Shown here: positions 1-17,413 of the stretch, piece after piece
Position numbering within the stretch: the first letter of the stretch is position 1
Layout of the letters: every line of letters starts with the position of its first letter
Source of the DNA: the human T2T-CHM13v2.0 reference genome, Homo sapiens
Assembly: GCF_009914755.1 (NCBI RefSeq)
Contig: NC_060925.1
DNA length: 64,000 nucleotides
Strand: one strand, 5' to 3'
The notes under the pieces: generated by a model
What the model saw: only the letters and a program-made list of their open reading frames with translations
Database searches by the model: none
What the model was told of the DNA's origin: nothing
Translations under genes and position numbers: made by a program

Positions 1-40
1 TTGTTGAATGACTGAATGAATGAATGAAGGTTGGGAGTCA

Positions 41-904
<864 letters not shown>

Positions 905-2152
905 TCAAGCATATACTCTCCCCCAACTACTGTGCAGGAAGGTTGGTGTTATTTCTCTCCATTTTCACAGATGGAGAAGCTGAAGCTCAGAGAGGTGAAG
1001 CCACTTCCCCTAGCGAATGGGGGATGGAGCTGGAATTTAAAGTACATGCCCTAGAGGAAGTAGGGATCCTGCAGTGGGGTGGAGGGCAGAGGCTGCCTGG
1101 GGGTCAGGAAGTCCTGGGGTAGAAGCCCGGTAAAGCTGGAGTGCTGGGTGCGGCCGTGGCTGCCCAGTGGCGGCTGTTGCTTGTGATCAGGCTAGTCCAG
1201 CGGTGCCCTTCTGTCTTCCCCTAGGCTCATATGATAGCCATGCAGCAGTCCCTGACAAACCCCCTTCCAGAACCCTCTCTGCCTCAGTCTCCCCATGTGT
1301 AGGTGTCCATTTCACTCAGGATTGCTCATGTGGGTGCAGAACCAGAGCGGCCTCTGAAGGCCAGGGTGCTCTGGCTTGCACCTGGGACCCCATCCCAGGG
1401 CCCTTGGCTCTCCAGTTCCTGGCTGGCCACAGTCCTGTCCCCCGAAGGCAACTCCACCTAAAAAGCCACTGCTGAGGCCGTAAGGGGCAGGGGAAGGGAG
1501 GGGCTCCAGGATGGGGACAGAGAAGGAAACTGGAGGCTCTGGGCACTGCCTGTCCATCCATCCCCAGACCTGAAGGGGTAGAAGAGGGACAGGAATGACA
1601 AAGCCACGTCCTGCCGGGCGTCTTGCATAATCTAATTTAATCCTCACAGTTCCCCAAAGAGGCAGATGTTCAGAAACCTCCTGCTTTCCACACGAAGCTC
1701 AGAAAGGTGCGTTAACTTGCCCAAGCTCACACAGGCAATGAGGCAGGCCAGGCATTTGGACACAGGTTTGTTGACTTCAGAGCCCAAGATCTGAACTTTA
1801 TAACATGTACGTCCAATCCTGTGGACCTCCCCACAGAGCCTTACGACTTCCAGCTCAGGAACACGATCCAGCACCTCAAGTCAAGTCGGAAAGGTAATAG
1901 TAACAACAGCAACGGCCGACACAGCTGATACAGAGCTTACTATGTGCAGGCTCTGCTCTACTTTATTGTATTAACTCATTTAATTTGCATTTTTCAAAGG
2001 AGGGAACTAAGACACAGAGAGGTTAAGTAACTTGTCCAAGGTCACACACAGTAAATGAAAGTCTGAAGATTTGACCTCCCCCAACATCTGGTTGCAGTGC
2101 CCTTAACACTATACCACTGACACTTAGTAAATAGTAGTTGCTCAATAAATAC

Positions 2153-2760
<608 letters not shown>

Positions 2761-3292
2761 AATAAATACTTTTGAAGCAATGAATGAAAGCCTCTTCCCT
2801 CCTCACCAGCCCTCTGCCCTTCTCTGCTTCACGTCCTTTCCTGCTCAGCCTTCCTCACCAGCTCGCCCATCTCTGCCCCACCTTTCCCAGCACCCCTCCA
2901 ATCCCCTTCTTCCTCTGGCCTCTGCAGACCACCCACAATGTGGTCGTTTCCTCCCACTTCACGAACCCGAACCTCTCTGTCCCTCCCCTTCTCTCTCCTA
3001 TCCCACCCTGGTCTCCTCCTGGTCTTCTCCATTCAGTTCACATCATGGATGTCCCCCTGGTCTCTATCCCTTCCTCACGTCTCCAAAAACCATCCAACCC
3101 CCTGGCCTGGCTCAGCTTAAAATGCTTTGCATTCCTCCTGGGCGGCAGCAGCTGCGGGGAGCCCAGAGCATGCCGGGACATGGGGCGCTCTCCCCTCTCC
3201 TCCTTCCCCCTGCCATGACCGTGGTCACATCTGTGCAGCACCCTGGAGCTTACACTGGCATTGTCTCATTCCAGAGCCACAGCAACTTATTA

Positions 3293-3620
<328 letters not shown>

Positions 3621-4519
3621 GAAATCCAGATGAGATATAAACCTTTTTTCCAGATGAGAAAACTGAGGCTCAGAGAGGTTCAGTGACAAGCCCCAGGTCG
3701 CACAATGGGAAAGGGCAGGGCTGAGATGTGACTCCAGTCCAGTGTCCCTTCCACAGCGTGCATCCCACTGTCCTCAGCCCAGGCCCTCAGTCCCGTCACC
3801 TGGCCTCCTGCCCCATGACCTCCCATCACGGCCCTGGCTCCTGCAGCCACCGCCAAGCGCCTTCCCTAGGCCCAGCTCCGGCTCTGCTCTGTCTGGCCTG
3901 GACACCTGCACGCTGCCTCCTCTGACACATGAAATGGGAGCAGCCAGAGAGGAGGTGACCCGCCCAAGGTCACATGGAAAGCTGGAGCCAACCTGAAGTC
4001 TGGGCCAGGCACATTCCGGGGTCACCTTCAGCCCCTGTGTCTGTGTGGCAGCTATCTCTCCCTCTCGGGGAGAGCACCCATCTTTTCCAGGGAAAGGGTG
4101 AAGCAAGGGTGTGGGGGAAGGGCCCAGCTCCTAAGTGGGATGGGCCCTGCCGGAAGCCGCTGCTGACAGCTCCCCGGTTTCTTGGCAACTGTCACTGCAC
4201 CTCCTCCCCCTCCCTTATCTCTGCATCGAGGTAACAATAATAATCGCACCATCGTGAGTGCAGTTCTTTGTACTTTTCAAAAGCCTTCTTTATCTGCTCA
4301 CTCCTGGGACTCTCACCGGAACTGGAATGGAGATAAGGCAGTCACTAGGATCCCCAATTGCCAGCAGGGCAAACTGAGGCTTGGAGAGGTGAAAACACGA
4401 CCTCAAAGTCAGCCAATAAGGCCTTGAGCAGCAGATCAGGGATAAGAACACAGGCCTTCCACCAGTCCAGGGTGGGAAGATCTCAAGAGAGTTCCATACT
4501 CTGCAAAACAGCAGGGTCA

Positions 4520-4805
4520 GCCCAGGCTCAGTGGTTCATGCCTGTAATCCCAGCACTTTGGTAGGCTGAGGTGGGAGGAACACTTGAAGCCAGGGGTTCG
4601 AGACCAGCCTGGGCAGCAAAGTGAGCCCTCATCTTTACAAAAAAATTAAAAACCCAGCCCACTGCAGTGGCTCAGTGAACCTATAGTCTCAGGCACTCAG
4701 GAGGCTGAGGTGGGAGGATCACTTGAGCCAGAAGTTCCAGGCTACAGTGAGCCATGATGGTACCACTGCATTCCAGCCCTGGCGACAGAGCAAGACCCCA
4801 TCTAT
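4520..4805 (+). mobile_element. Diverged AluJ-like element
   Basis: Alu consensus similarity. Confidence 0.8.
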
Positions 4806-7800
4806 ACAATGGAAACAGACCAACAAAACATCAGGGTCAGACTCAGGAATGGTTGGGCAGAGGGGGAGACCAAGCACAGGTGGCCAGATGCCTTCCTAGG
4901 GTGATTCTCAACTGTTAACCAGCTGGAGGGGTGGTGAGAGGGTCCTGTCTTTTTCTCTCATCTGCAAAATGAGAGATAATGTACCCACCTCATAGAGTTG
5001 CCATAAAGTGCTTGTAATTATTATTACTGGCCACTCTCCTGGAGAGCCCAACCTTTTCAGGGCACCAGAAGTGTGGTGGGGCTGTCCTGGGTGGTGGGCT
5101 TGGCCCTTTGGCCCCCCGGAGATAGCTGCCCTGGATGGTGGTCTCCCAGTGGGTCCAGCCCCTGCTGACTCCCTCCAGCCTCAACCTCATACCTCCCCTT
5201 TCCTGTCCTGCCCCAGCCGCCTGTCCTGGCTCTGTCCTAACCTCCCCAGGCTGCAGGCAGCTTTCCTAACCAGCCACACTGTTCACAGGCACCCCCCCTC
5301 TGCTGGGGGTGCCTTCTCCTGCTTTTCTGCCTAGTGAACCATTGATGCTTTGAAATTCAACTCAACCAGGTGAAACTCTGGTGGCCAGGGCAGGTGGTAC
5401 AGGACCATCAAGGCAAGAAGGCTGGGACCGGGAGCAGGGGAATGGGGATCTGGACAGGTGACAGTGCCTGGAGCAAGAGCAGGAGGAGCCCACCCTGAGG
5501 ACAGCCACCCACTGCACACAGGCTGGGAGACCGGACACGGAAAGAGGGAGTGGTCTGGAAGGGCGGGGGAGGGGTTCAGGGAGCCAATGAATACAGGGCA
5601 GAGAAGAATTTTTTGGGGGCAGCAGCCTGGAACAGGGGCCTGAGGGGTTCCGGCCAGTCCAGCACTGGTCATCAGAAGTCAGGAGGGGAAGGCCTGGGTC
5701 CAGTTCCCTGGGGTCTTCCTGGTTTCCAGGAGATCAACCTGGTTCTACCAAGTTCTACCACCCATGTGGGGTGGAGGATGAGGACAAGGGCACAGACCTC
5801 CCAGTGAGAAGAGGGCTGTGGAGGGCAACCCTGAGAGAGGCTCCTTTGGATGAGGGCTGGGGGGCTGCCAGAGCCGGGTCTCCTAGCCCTGGGCATCGGG
5901 TCTGAGGGGACTCGAATCTCCTGAAACCAGAACCAAGTGGCTGCCCCAGAACTGCCCCCTCCCGGGGGGGGGGGCCACAGAAGCCCATTGTTTTCTGAGC
6001 TCAACCAGCCGGCACTGCCCTCCCCTTGGCTTGCCCCTGTCCCTGCCAAAGTGCCAGGGAAGGTGGCCGGGGCAGCCAGTTGAGCAGGTTTCCAAAGCTA
6101 GGTCTGGAGAGGCTGGCCCCCTCTTCCCCAGCCCACTGGGAGCCTAAGCAGACAGGCACAGGCACGGGAGGCTCCTGTGTCCCCTTTCCCTGGGCACCGT
6201 TGACCTCTCCTAGGACTCTAGAGGGAGCGTGGCGATGGGGTAGAGGAGCGGCAGGGGGACTATTTGCCATGCGGGCACTGTGATGTCATTCAATCCTTAT
6301 GACAACAACCCTGACCTCAGGATGCTATCTTCACCCATTTCAGAGATAAGGAGGCAGAGGCTTAGTGAGGTTTATGATGGGCCAAGGGCCTCAACAGCTA
6401 CCAAGTGACAGAGCTGGCAGGGTCCCCCTGGGGGTGTGGGTGGGAGACTCAGGCCCCAAGCTGGGCAGAGGGATGGGCAGGAAGGTGGCACATGGGGCCG
6501 CCACCCTCGCCCCATGCTGGCTGCATGCCGAGACACCCGGATCCCGGAGCTGGGCCAGGCAGAGGCCTCCTGAACAAATAACAGGTTGGCAGCCTAGAGA
6601 GGTGGTCACGGGACCGGTCCCTGCCCAGGGCACAGCATCTGGGAACCAGGCCACCCATTTACCTGCTGTCTATCCAGCATCTGTCTCCCTTGCTCAGGTG
6701 GCCTGAGCCCCACTGTGGCCAAAACCTGACCCTTCCCACCCCACCGTGGACTTCAGTGTGGACTGACTCCTCCCCTGCACTGGGGTAAGGAGGAGGAGTG
6801 ACTCTGAGATGACCCGGCCGCAGGGCCTCTTCCTGCCGGGCAACAACATCATCTGCTTCCCTAGCCTGGCACTTTCCAGTTTACAAACTGCCTTTGCCAT
6901 CAACCCTCTCAACAGCCTCCTGAGGAACACAGAGCAGTAATGCTAATCTCCATTCTGCCTGGAAGAAAACTGGAGCCTGGATGGAGATGGTGACTTCCAA
7001 GCTTCCACCCCGAAGCTCAGCCCCAGCTGCTCTGCCCCCTGCCCACGTCCACGCAGGACACAGCTCCCACTGATGGGCAAGTCTGGGCCAGGGTGACCTT
7101 CCCAGCACCCGTCAGCCCATACATGGTATTACAGCCGCCTATGCTTTCTGTCTCTCCTCACTCCCTACATTGACCTCATTGTCCCTCCCCAGCCTCCGCA
7201 GCCCAGGGGGTCTCCCTTCTCTGAGCTCCAGGCATTCCTTCGCTCACTCACCCACTCGGTCATCTACCCACTCCCCCATCTGCCCTTCATTCCTCTGCTC
7301 AGTCATTCATTCAGAACACATGTCCTGAGGTCTGCTCTGGAGTGGACAATGGTGCTGGGTGCTGGGATCAGAGTGGGGTGAACCAGGCCTCCCCAGTCCC
7401 AAGGCAGAGCCCCAAAGATACCTGCCTGGACTGTTCCTGAGGAGCCTCTGGCTTCACTGCCTAGACAGTGAGTCCCCCAGCACTGAGGCCTTGCTTAATC
7501 CTTTCCTCCCGCTCTGCACCAGCCCTAGCTGGGGCTGGGGTTGCTGCCTCATAGGCTCCAGGCCAGTCTGGTGAGCAGAAGTCCCTGCCCCTCACAACTC
7601 CCCAGGCGGGGTGACCACCCAGGCCAAGGCGAAACCCCCACGGGGATAGACAAGGTCACCATCTCCTAACCAAAGGTGACATGGGGAAGCCCTAGCTCTG
7701 CCCCCAGATCACAGTGTGTGCAGGATTAAGTCACCATAACCTCTCCAAGCCTCAGTTTCTCTACTAAAAATTGGGTCTCAGGCCGGCTCTCTCATCCTAC

Positions 7801-8202
7801 AGAGGACGAATGGGAGGATGAGAAACTGGAAACTGAGTTCACCAAGGATTGGTTGGAAGCAGAACCCTGAAGGAGGGCTTTCCCAGTGGAGAGGACCTTA
7901 GACTCTTCTAAGTCGCTTCTCTTCTCTGAGCCTCAGTTTCCTCAGCTACAAAATGGGAGAGTAACACCAACTTTGCAGGGTTGTTGTGTGGAATAAATTA
8001 GGTATTATATGGACAACCTGACTAGCCTAGAGCTGAGGACACAGTAGGTGCTCAATAAATTACAGGCTCCTGCCTAGAGAGGCAGTGTAGCGTCAGTGTG
8101 GGCTCTGGAGCCAGATCCTTGAGTGCGAATCCTAACTCTGCCACATAACAGCTGTGTGACCTTGGACAAGTTACTTAACCACTATGAACCTCAGCTTCCT
8201 CA

Positions 8203-8875
<673 letters not shown>

Positions 8876-9032
8876 CAACCTGAGCAACCTGCCATGTAAG
8901 GTACCGAGCTCTGCATCAAGCAAAGGCAGAGTGAGCTTCTCAGAGGTGCAGCCAGGGAGATCTGAAGGTGTGGGAACGGGAGGAGCGGTGGGGGGTTTGA
9001 CTGGAGGACCTCAAGGTGCCTCCCACATTTGA

Positions 9033-9355
<323 letters not shown>

Positions 9356-9419
9356 CACATCTGGAATTCTTTGCCTCTTGATGACTCTAGGATCCCTGTA
9401 ACTGAGGGCAGAGGCAATG

Positions 9420-9745
9420 GATGTTAAAATGTGCATATTCTTTGGTCCAGCAACCCCATTTCTAGGCATTTATTCTCCAGAAATATAACACCAATGCATA
9501 AAGATATATGAACAAAAAAGTCATGAAGCAGGGTTTGCAACCGCAAACATCTGGACGCCACTTCAATGTCCATTACAAGGAGATTAGTTAAATATATCAA
9601 ACCATGGAATACTATACAGCAATGACAAAGAAGGTCTTTAGTCTTGATGGAAAAGGGGGTTTGAGGCATATTGTTAAGTGAATAAAGCGGGCTGCACACA
9701 ACAAAAATCTCATTTGTAAAAATTTAAAATTACATGTCAAAGTTT
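9420..9745 (+). mobile_element. Ancient L1 (L1M-type) 3' fragment
   Basis: ccagcaaccccatttctaggcatttattc ... atggaatactatacagcaatga resembles the end of L1 ORF2. Confidence 0.6.
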
Positions 9746-9746
9746 A

Positions 9747-10427
<681 letters not shown>

Positions 10428-12809
10428 TCAGAATTTTGAGTGGGATGAAGCCCAGTTGGGCTGTGTCTGTCTGTCCGTCCTCTTTCTCTTTAAACAAAAA
10501 CAAAAACAAAAAGAAAGTTTACATGGCTTATCTCTGAGAAGCAGGACCACTAGGAACTTCTGCTTTCTGTGGCAAATACTTTTCTGCACGGTTTGGATGT
10601 TTATAATGAACACTTAGTATTTGTGTAATCAGAAAAAAATTAAAGATTTTAGAGAGCTGAGCACTCACTATGACTCAGCTCCCTGAGCACCTGACTGCTT
10701 TACCCTTTTCCATCACCTTGAGAGGGAGGTATGACTCACCCCTTATTCCAAGGGGGAGAAGCTGACACGAAAAGAGACTAAACACCATGACCAATGTCCC
10801 TGAGCCAGGCGTCACAGAGCTGGGTTGCACCCCCATTCTGGCTGGCTCCCAAGCCCACACTCTTTCCCCTACATTAGGCATTAGACAACCTGCTCCGAGG
10901 GTCAGGGAAGAGCAGAGGCAGCACAGAAGTGGCCCAGGCAGCTGGGCCCAGGGATGTGCCCTGTGACTTCAGCTGTCACGTCCTGCAAGCCAGGCCAGCC
11001 GGGTTAGCATGTGTGGGGACAGGGCTGTCTACTTCATTTGTAAATGCAAATGTAGGCTCTGCTCCTAGCGCGGGCTCCATGCCCTGAGCTGCCCCAGGCT
11101 GGCAGGTGCCCAGCCCCACCCCTGGCACTACCCCCAGAAGCCTCAGGGTCACCAGGCAGGTGGGCACGTCCCAGCCCAGGCCCTTCCCTGGAGCTCTAAA
11201 TAACTTTCTGTGTTGATCAACCTGTTTGTGGATGGATTTGGCATTGAAGGTCACTTGTCACCTTCTCAGTGACAGCCTGGAAAGGTGACAGTCACACCTG
11301 AGTGTGTCTGAGTCTGGATGGGCCAGAGAACAAGACCTGAAAGTCAAACGGAACTGAGTTCAAATCCTGCCTGTGCCAAGCTCTAGCTGTGTGGCCTAGG
11401 GAGAGTCCCTTCACCTCTCTCAGCCTCTGTTTCCTCGGCTATAAAATGGTGTTGAGAATTTCTCCCTGCAGGGCTGCTGAGAGCATTAAATGAGAGAATG
11501 CACGTGAAAGTACGTCCTAAGCTAGAAGCCACCTTGCACGTGTAGAGAAGAGTTATGACCTCACTCCTGTGGGGGCAGGCGGGGGGCACAGGCACATCTG
11601 TGCGGATGTGGAGTGAGCAAGGATCCACCCTGGCTGGACCCCAGGGCCCTGCCGCACAGACTCAGCCGGTGGGCGGAGCAGCGTCTGACACTTTTCCTGG
11701 GAGTCGGCACCGGGTGTTCCGCAGCTCTGCCTGGTGGTGCGAGAGGGTGTGTGTGACTCTGTGGGTGAGAATGGAGATGGGAGGCCCCGGCAGGAGCGTG
11801 AATGGGTGTGGGAGGGAAAGCGCTTGTGTCGCATGTTTGGATCTGATCACACCACCCACCTGCCTAGAAGGCCCCAATGGCTTCCCGCCGCAAGCAGGAT
11901 CCAGACGCCCGCCTCACGTGGCCCACGAGGCCCTGCGTGTCTGCTCCCCATCCCCGGCCCCCCTCCCACCCGCCCACTGTCTCTGGCCTCATCCAGGGCT
12001 TCTTTCCTCCTTCTCCAGACTCCTTTCCGCTCCTCAAACCCGAGGTGCTCCTTCCCACCTCCAGGCCACTGCACACGCTGTGCCCCCTGCCTGTTACCCC
12101 CTTCCCGTCCGCTTGGATCACATTTCAGGTGCTATGTCTGTATTCAGTCTTCCAGAGCCCCCTCCCCAGACCAGGAGAAGCTGCTCCGAACCTGACCAGC
12201 TTTCCCAGAAGCCTGTCTTGGGCCTTCATGGATTTACCTGTTGCGTTTGCACATTTCATGGTGTGACCATTAAGCCACTGTCAGTCTCTCCTGCTAGAAA
12301 TGGGGTTTCTTCAGGTCATGCCTGGGTCTGTTTGGGTCTGATCTGCTGCATGAATGAATGTGTATGTCTGTGCCTCTATGTTCATGATGAAGCTGTCTCT
12401 ACAAGGGTCAAGTCTATGAGTGTGAGTAGGGAAATATGTGTGTGTGTACATGTAATGGGTCATCTCAAAGAACCTTTCCTCAGCCTGCAGGCAGCTGGGC
12501 TGGGAAAGGCCAAGGCAACCTGGGGCCAGTGCCTAGGCTGGCTGGGGTGAGGGGAGAACAAGCAGCAGTTCCCTTACCCCCGACTAAAATAGGTCCGGTC
12601 TTTGCGCCAGGTAGATCCAGTCAGGTGGGCTCCAGGCTGGAGGCCTGACTCTGCCCTGCAGTGAGCTCCACCCCTGCCTGCTCCTACAGGTTGGAGCCCA
12701 GCCTCCTGCCTGCACAGCCCAGCTCACTTGAGACTCAAGCCAAGCCTGGTCTTCCATGGCTGCCCACACTCCCCACCACCCCACCGGGCCTGTCTTGTGG
12801 GCAGCAGTT

Positions 12810-13123
12810 ATTTTTTGTGTGTGTGTGGGATGGAGCCTTGCTCTGTTGGCCAGGCTGGAGTGCGGTGGTGTGATCTCGGCTCATGGTAATCTCCACCTCC
12901 TGGGTTCAAGCGATTCTCCTGCCTCAGTCTCCTGAGTAGCTGGGATCACAGGCATGCACCACTACGCCCAGCTAATTTTTTTTTTTTTTTTTTTTTGTAT
13001 TTTTAGTAAAGATAGGGTTTCACCATGTTGGCCAGGCTGGTCTCAAACTCCTGACCTCTGGTGATCCACCCACCTCGGCCTCCCCAGAGTGCTAGGATTA
13101 CAGGCATGAGCCACCACACCTGA
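12810..13123 (-). mobile_element. Alu
   Basis: Antisense Alu consensus. Confidence 0.9.
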
Positions 13124-14778
13124 CTGGGGAGCAGTTCCTGATCTGAAAGAAGTGGGCTTCCAGCCTCTCTGCCTTCTCAGCCACCTCCACCTGTTGCCAG
13201 GAGATGATCTGGAATGTTCCAGCTTTGGGGCGGGGGAAGGAGTCCTATTCCTGCCCCCAATCCTTTACATTTTCTCTACCCTCTGCCTGGACTACTCTTC
13301 CCACAGCCAGCTCCTTCCCATTCAGGCCTCAGAGAGGCCCCTCCCTGATACCCTTGGCAAAGCCAGGCCTTGCACCCACCCCATCCGTACTACACATTAC
13401 CCATCTGAAGCTACCTTAGCTGTCTGTCTCCTGCACTGGAGGATAACATGCGTGAAGCAAGGACCGTGTCTGTCAGGTTCACTGCTGCATCCCCAGTTCT
13501 TAGACTAGTACCTGGCATGTGGTAGGAACTCCGTAAGTATTTGTTGAATTAACGAGTGGCTAATGGAAGCCCTGAAAGATCCCAGGAGGTGAACATTGCC
13601 CGTTTGCAGGCATGGAAACTGAGGTTCAGAGAGGTTAAGTCTCTAGCCCAATGTCACACAGCAAACAGCTGGACCAGGTCAAACTTAGGGACAAGCTAAC
13701 TCCACTAGAACCCCAGCACATCAGAGTGTATCACAGCCAACCTTCCCATTTCATAGGTATGAAAATGAGCCTCTGAGAGGGAGGGTGATGTTTCTCTAGG
13801 TCACTTGGGTCCGAGGCATGTGTTTCTTCCCTCCTGCAGCATGGGGTCAGAAACAGCTGCATTGTTACACCGGCCGGCCCTTTAAAAGCACCTCCTCACT
13901 GCCTCTCACTCACCGTGAGGCAGGGGCCATGAACACCCCCACTGCACAAAGGAATGAGCCAAGGCTCAGCAAGGTGACGGACTCCTCAAGGTCACTGGCC
14001 AGGACCTGGCACCAGGCCCATCAGACTCCAAAGCCAGTGTTCTCAGGGCCAGTGCCTAAGGCCAGTGCCCACGGCTGGGGTGTACAGTCACGTGTAGGCA
14101 GTCAGGTCACCCCCTGGCAGGCAGCAAGCTTCCAGAGGACAGAGTCTACACACCAAGCGCAATTCCGCACCCACTGCGGGCGCAGCAGGTAACCATGACC
14201 GCGATGATGGCAGTAACCGCAATAGCTGGCATCGACGGAGTACGTGCTCTGTGCCAGGCCCTGGTTTCAGGCCTTGGCACCCATTATCTCATTTAATCCC
14301 CCCACCAATCTTCCAGGTAGTACTTTTATTGCCCTCATGTTACAGGTGAGGAAACTGAGATCCAGAGAAGTCACCCAGCCAGCTGGTGGCCGAGACAGCA
14401 TCTGCGGTCCCAGCCCAGACTCTGGCTCCAGGGCTTCCACAGCCCTGCACTAAGAGCACAGTCAGGGCCTCCCTGAGCTGCGGCTGACTCAGTCTCACAC
14501 AGCAGCTCCTTGGAGCAGGGAGGAGGATGGGCGACTGGCACCCTAGCAGGCCTCTTCCCATGGTGGCTGGGGGGTTCAGAGCCTTCCAGCGTAGCCCACA
14601 GAAGTCCCAGCAGGGCCTGCAGGGACATGATCTGGTGGCTGTCTCTCTTCCCTTCACCTGTCAGGCCCAACTCAGTCTTGAATCCAGCATGTGCCACCAC
14701 ACACTTTTCTCCTCCACATTGCTGACCTGCCACCTCCTGTCCCTGGAACATTCTCGCACAGTGCACCTCCCTTCCCCA

Positions 14779-14780
<2 letters not shown>

Positions 14781-14820
<40 letters not shown>
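14781..14820. repeat. (AC)20 microsatellite
   Basis: Perfect dinucleotide run. Confidence 0.97.
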
Positions 14821-14823
<3 letters not shown>

Positions 14824-15185
14824 CACTTGGCCCACTTCAACTTTTGAGTCACCTCCTCCAGGAAGCCCTCCTTGATTCCCAGATGTGGGCAGGAGTCCCT
14901 TCTCTGAGATCTCAGCAACCCTCACATCTCCCTAGTCAGCACATGTCATTCCCATCAAACCACCTCTTTCCTTATGACCCTCTCTAGACTCTGAACCCAG
15001 AAGAAGTGGCCTCATCTATTTTCTCCACCACCATGTCCCCAACGCCCAGCACAGGGTTTGGTCCTAGGAGGGTGTCCCCACACTAAATGCTTATTGAATT
15101 AGTTTGCTGAATGAATGAATTTTGGGGAAGATCCTGAACTCAGAAGGCCTTTCCAGGATCTGGGCTATCAGAAAATCCCCTCCGA

Positions 15186-15490
15186 GGCTGGGTGTGGTGG
15201 CTCACGCCTGTAATCCTAGCACCTTGGGAGGCCGAGACGGGCGGATCATGAGGTCAGGAGTTCGAGACCAGCCTGACCAACATGGTGAAACCCCATCTCT
15301 ACTAAAAATACAAAAATTAGCTGGGCATGGTGGCACGCGCCTGTAATCCCAGCTACTCAGGAGGCTGAGGCAGGAGAATGCTTGAACCTGGCAGGTGGAG
15401 GTTGCAGTGAGCCAAGATCGTGCCACTGCACTCCAGCCTGGGCGAGACAGCAAGACTCCGTCTCAAAAAAAAAAAAAAAAAGAAAAAAAG
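15186..15490 (+). mobile_element. Alu (S-like)
   Basis: Alu consensus; flanking agaaaatcccctcc direct repeat. Confidence 0.9.
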
Positions 15491-16516
15491 AAAATCCCCT
15501 CCTTAGCCATCTACTCACCCCCTGTGGCCACGACAGTGCCTAAAATTCTATCACTAGAGAATCTCTCTTTGGATGAATGAGTCTTTCCTCTCAAAATGCA
15601 AATGCTTAGTTAGAAGGGAGAACATCCCCCTGCGCATACACTCTGCACTCATTTCATTCGAAGCAATACTGTTTCCATTGTTATGGACAATCTGAGGTTC
15701 AGAGAGGCAGAGTAGTTGGGGTAAGGCCACACAGCAAGTAAGTGGAAGTTGAACTGGGTATTTGAACTCAGGTCTACCTAACAGAACTCAAATATTCCCA
15801 TGCATCTCAGACAAATAGACCAGAGTTTGAGCATCACCAGGAGATAGGGGCACACAGGGCCAACCAGACCAGGGACCTCAGGGCGGCAAGAGTCCTCTCT
15901 TCATGATGCTGAGGATAGACGTGGGATAGCAGAGTTGTGCACAAGTGAGATGGGGACCCATTTCTCAAGATCACACAGCCAAACAGTGGCAGTCCCAGAG
16001 CCACAACGCATGTGGAGGGGATTTTTCTCTTGTCTCCTGAAGCTATAGAGGATCCTTCCTGGAAGCAGGGCGTCTCTCTGGCACTAGGCTCATCCCTGCC
16101 TCAGAGCCTTTGCACCTGCTGCTCCCTCTGTCTGGACACCCTGCCAGCTCCCCCATGGCCAGCTCCTCTCATCCTTCAGGTTTTGGTTCAAACACCCCCT
16201 CTTCAGAAAGGCTTTCCAGGACTCCTTCATTTTCCAGCCATACAGCGCAGGGTGACAAGCAAACTGGAGCCTGGCTACTTAAGCTCCAATCTCAGCTTTG
16301 CCAAGGGACCTTGAACAGGTTACTTAACCTCTCTTTGCCTCAGCCTCCCCAGCCCTAAACCAGGGTTCATAACGGTCTTGCCTCACAGGGCTGTTGTGAA
16401 GATCAAACCCATGAACGTGGGCAAAGTGCTCTGAAACACAGCCTGGCACGCGCTCAGCTCTCGGCAAGGACCAGCTCTTGTTAGCATGTAACCTTGCTTT
16501 GAAATTCAGTGGACCT

Positions 16517-16840
16517 GGCCGGGCGCGGTGGCTCACGTCTATAATCCCAGCACTTTGGGAGGCCAAGGCAGGAGGATCACAAGGTCAGGAGCTCGAAACC
16601 AGCCTGGCCAAGATGGTGAAACCCCATCTCTACTAAAAATACACAAAAAAATTAGCCGGGTGTGGTGGCAGGCGCCTGTAATCCCAGCTACTCAGGAGGC
16701 TGAGGCAGAGAATTGCTTGAACCACGGAGGTGGAGGTTGCAGTGAACCGAGATCGCGCCACTGCACCCCAGCCTGGGTAACAGAGTGAGACCCTGTCTCA
16801 AAAAAAAAAAAAAAAAAGAGAAAAGAAAGAAAGAAAGAAA
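16517..16840 (+). mobile_element. Alu (S-like)
   Basis: Alu consensus; flanking gaaattcagtg direct repeat. Confidence 0.9.
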
Positions 16841-17229
16841 TTCAGTGTACCCATCAGAGGTTGTTTCCTTGTCTATTTACTTATAGTCTGCCTCCGCCAT
16901 TCCCAATTTTACAGTTGAGGAAATCCAGGCTCAGTGAGGTGAAGTACTGCCCAAACCAAGCTCTCTGAGTATAGCGGCTAGGCCTGTCTCATTTTCTGCT
17001 GAATCTGCAGTAACTAAAACCATGCCTGGCCTACAGTACGTGTTCAGTGGTTACTGTGGCTGGATGAATAAATGATGAACAAATGACCACAGCTCTATCG
17101 CTCTGAGGCTCTGTACAGCCAGGAGCTTGGGCATCTAAGATTCTATTTCAGCCCACCTCTGCCCATTCTGGTCCCAAATGACCCCCAGCTCAATCGAAGT
17201 CTCAGCCTCTCTTAGAAGTGGCTGCCAGG

Positions 17230-17413
17230 GGCTGGGCATGGTGGCTCACGCTTGTAATCCTAGCACTTTGGGAGGCTGAGGGAGGAGGATCGCTTGAGCC
17301 CAGGAGGTCGAGGCTGTAGTGAGCTGAGATTGCCCCACTGCACTCCAGCATGGGTGACAGAGTGAGACCCTGTCTCAAAAAATAAAAATAAAAATAAAAA
17401 TAAAATAAAATAA
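17230..17413 (+). mobile_element. Monomer-length Alu (left-arm start, right-arm end)
   Basis: ~150-nt body, (TAAAA)-type tail, flanking agaagtggctgc(c/t)agg repeat. Confidence 0.8.

Noticed and set aside
6655-6930. Minus-strand donor-like CAG|gtaaat near 6663 with an upstream ORF, as an extra RAP1GAP exon
   Set aside because: The listed ORF stops before the donor and I cannot define an acceptor or promoter; needs RNA-seq.
11555-12550. 331-aa + strand ORF, the longest in the window
   Set aside because: Antisense to the RAP1GAP intron, GC-rich, runs through L2-like remnants, no recognisable domain or splice structure.
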